Positions 63,349 to 64,000 of a stretch of 64,000 bases of DNA are shown piece by piece. The translations under genes and the position numbers were made by a program. The DNA lies in contig OX638335.1 in NCBI GenBank assembly GCA_951812785.1, positions 135,630 through 199,629 of the forward strand. The letters run 5' to 3'. Under the pieces are notes generated by a model that was not told the DNA's origin, did no database searches, and saw only the letters and a program-made list of their open reading frames with translations. Position 1 is the stretch's first letter. Each line of letters begins with the position of its first letter. This stretch comes from an uncultured Gammaproteobacteria bacterium (GTDB taxonomy: Bacteria > Pseudomonadota > Gammaproteobacteria > UBA4575).

Positions 63349-64000
63349 GACCGAATCGTTAATCCATCTTGTAAAGTATTTCTATAGGCATTAAATGCGG
63401 GTATTAATGATATAAGTAGGCCAGCAATTAATATACATACGAGTAACATCCATTGAAATGTAGAGAGTGGTGTCAGTACCATAGCTATACCATATGAGCT
63501 ATATAAAATAGGACTTAGCAGTATTATAGATAAATATAGAAGCACAATGCCTAGTATCATGCTAAATACTATTAGTAATTCAGTTTCTATTATCATTAAC
63601 AAAGAGATATCTAATGGTGATGCTCCGACTGATCTTAACACCGCTAATTCACGTCTGCGTGAATTGAGATTGGTGAGTATGATGGCAAGCATACTAAATA
63701 AGGCGGTGATTATTACAAAACCAGATATTAGTAGTAAGATTTTTTCTATGATTCCTACAACTTTCCACAATTCAAGTAATGCGACGCTAGGTAAAATAGC
63801 TAGCAAAGGTTCTTTTCTATAATCGTTGATAGCTCTTTGTATATTAAATACATCATGCTTGCTTTTTAACTTAACTAAGAATGCTGTAATCGATTGGGTT
63901 TGAAGAGCAATGTCTTCAAGTTCTATATCTTTGGCAGAAAAATTGGTCTTGTTGGAAATGCCGTGTTCCCAACCAATATGTATTGCTTCTAGTGATTTCA
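63345..64000 (-). CDS. FtsX-like ABC transporter permease (MacB/LolE family), 5' part beyond the window
   Basis: C-terminal FtsX domain with 3 TM helices ('AVLRSVGASPLDISLLMIIETELLIV'). The frame stays open upstream to the window end. Confidence 0.7.
   Translation of the reverse strand, partial: KSLEAIHIGWEHGISNKTNFSAKDIELEDIALQTQSITAFLVKLKSKHDVFNIQRAINDYRKEPLLAILPSVALLELWKVVGIIEKILLLISGFVIITALFSMLAIILTNLNSRRRELAVLRSVGASPLDISLLMIIETELLIVFSMILGIVLLYLSIILLSPILYSSYGIAMVLTPLSTFQWMLLVCILIAGLLISLIPAFNAYRNTLQDGLTIRS

Overview
This window is a chromosomal segment of a low-GC (~38-40%) gammaproteobacterium, and the most interesting part is an AT-rich island at tRNA-Phe carrying intact two-gene cassettes amid decayed mobility genes. 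All calls below come from reading the translated ORFs and the DNA by eye; no searches were run.

Core genes, left to right:
- gmk (partial), comM, ubiK, glnK-amtB, speE/speA, nadA
- a SPOR/FtsN-like gene, argS, priA
- an ECF sigma-DUF3619-DUF3106 operon, an HNH protein, hemH, xni, an M48-LysM peptidase
- rpmE, a CPXCG protein, the hemW-rdgB-rph operon, yicC
- a short asparaginase-like gene, ibpA (with sigma32-type promoters), cbpA, degQ, moaD/moaC, an asmA-family gene, mutY-yggX, tRNA-Phe

Three kinds of accessory DNA interrupt this backbone:
1. Two degenerate IS481-family copies in direct orientation (568-1748 and 56784-57932). Each abuts a fragment of a different IS (IS110 C-terminal fragment at 1717-2016; IS30 C-terminal fragment at 56637-56783).
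2. A ~7.4 kb high-GC integrated element (28378-~35800) next to yicC. It carries a P4-type integrase with a TAG nonsense codon, a 13-bp tandem duplication and a further frameshift; an AlpA regulator; a fragmented Prim-Pol/helicase; and a split MazF/PemK-like toxin.
3. A ~12.6 kb AT-rich island at the 3' end of tRNA-Phe (44125-56783). Its mobility genes are decayed (serine recombinase with in-frame TGA, tyrosine-recombinase fragment, frameshifted MobC, MobA N-terminal stub). Its cargo cassettes look intact: a DprA/SLOG-like plus phosphoribosyltransferase pair (ShosTA-like) and a TcmP plus three-Cys-motif (Gp37/Gp68, DUF5131) pair. The island also carries an endonuclease/exonuclease/phosphatase (EEP)-family gene, a large lipoprotein gene and a ~300 bp GC-rich, strongly palindromic element of unknown nature.

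Downstream lies a copper-handling-like cluster (multicopper oxidase, TolC-like outer-membrane factor, Cys-rich secreted protein), then DUF3299 and an FtsX-like permease.

Many ORFs are split by single-base frameshifts, several at homopolymer runs. Assembly errors and genuine pseudogenes therefore cannot be separated for those cases; the nonsense codons and the 13-bp duplication are not error-like.
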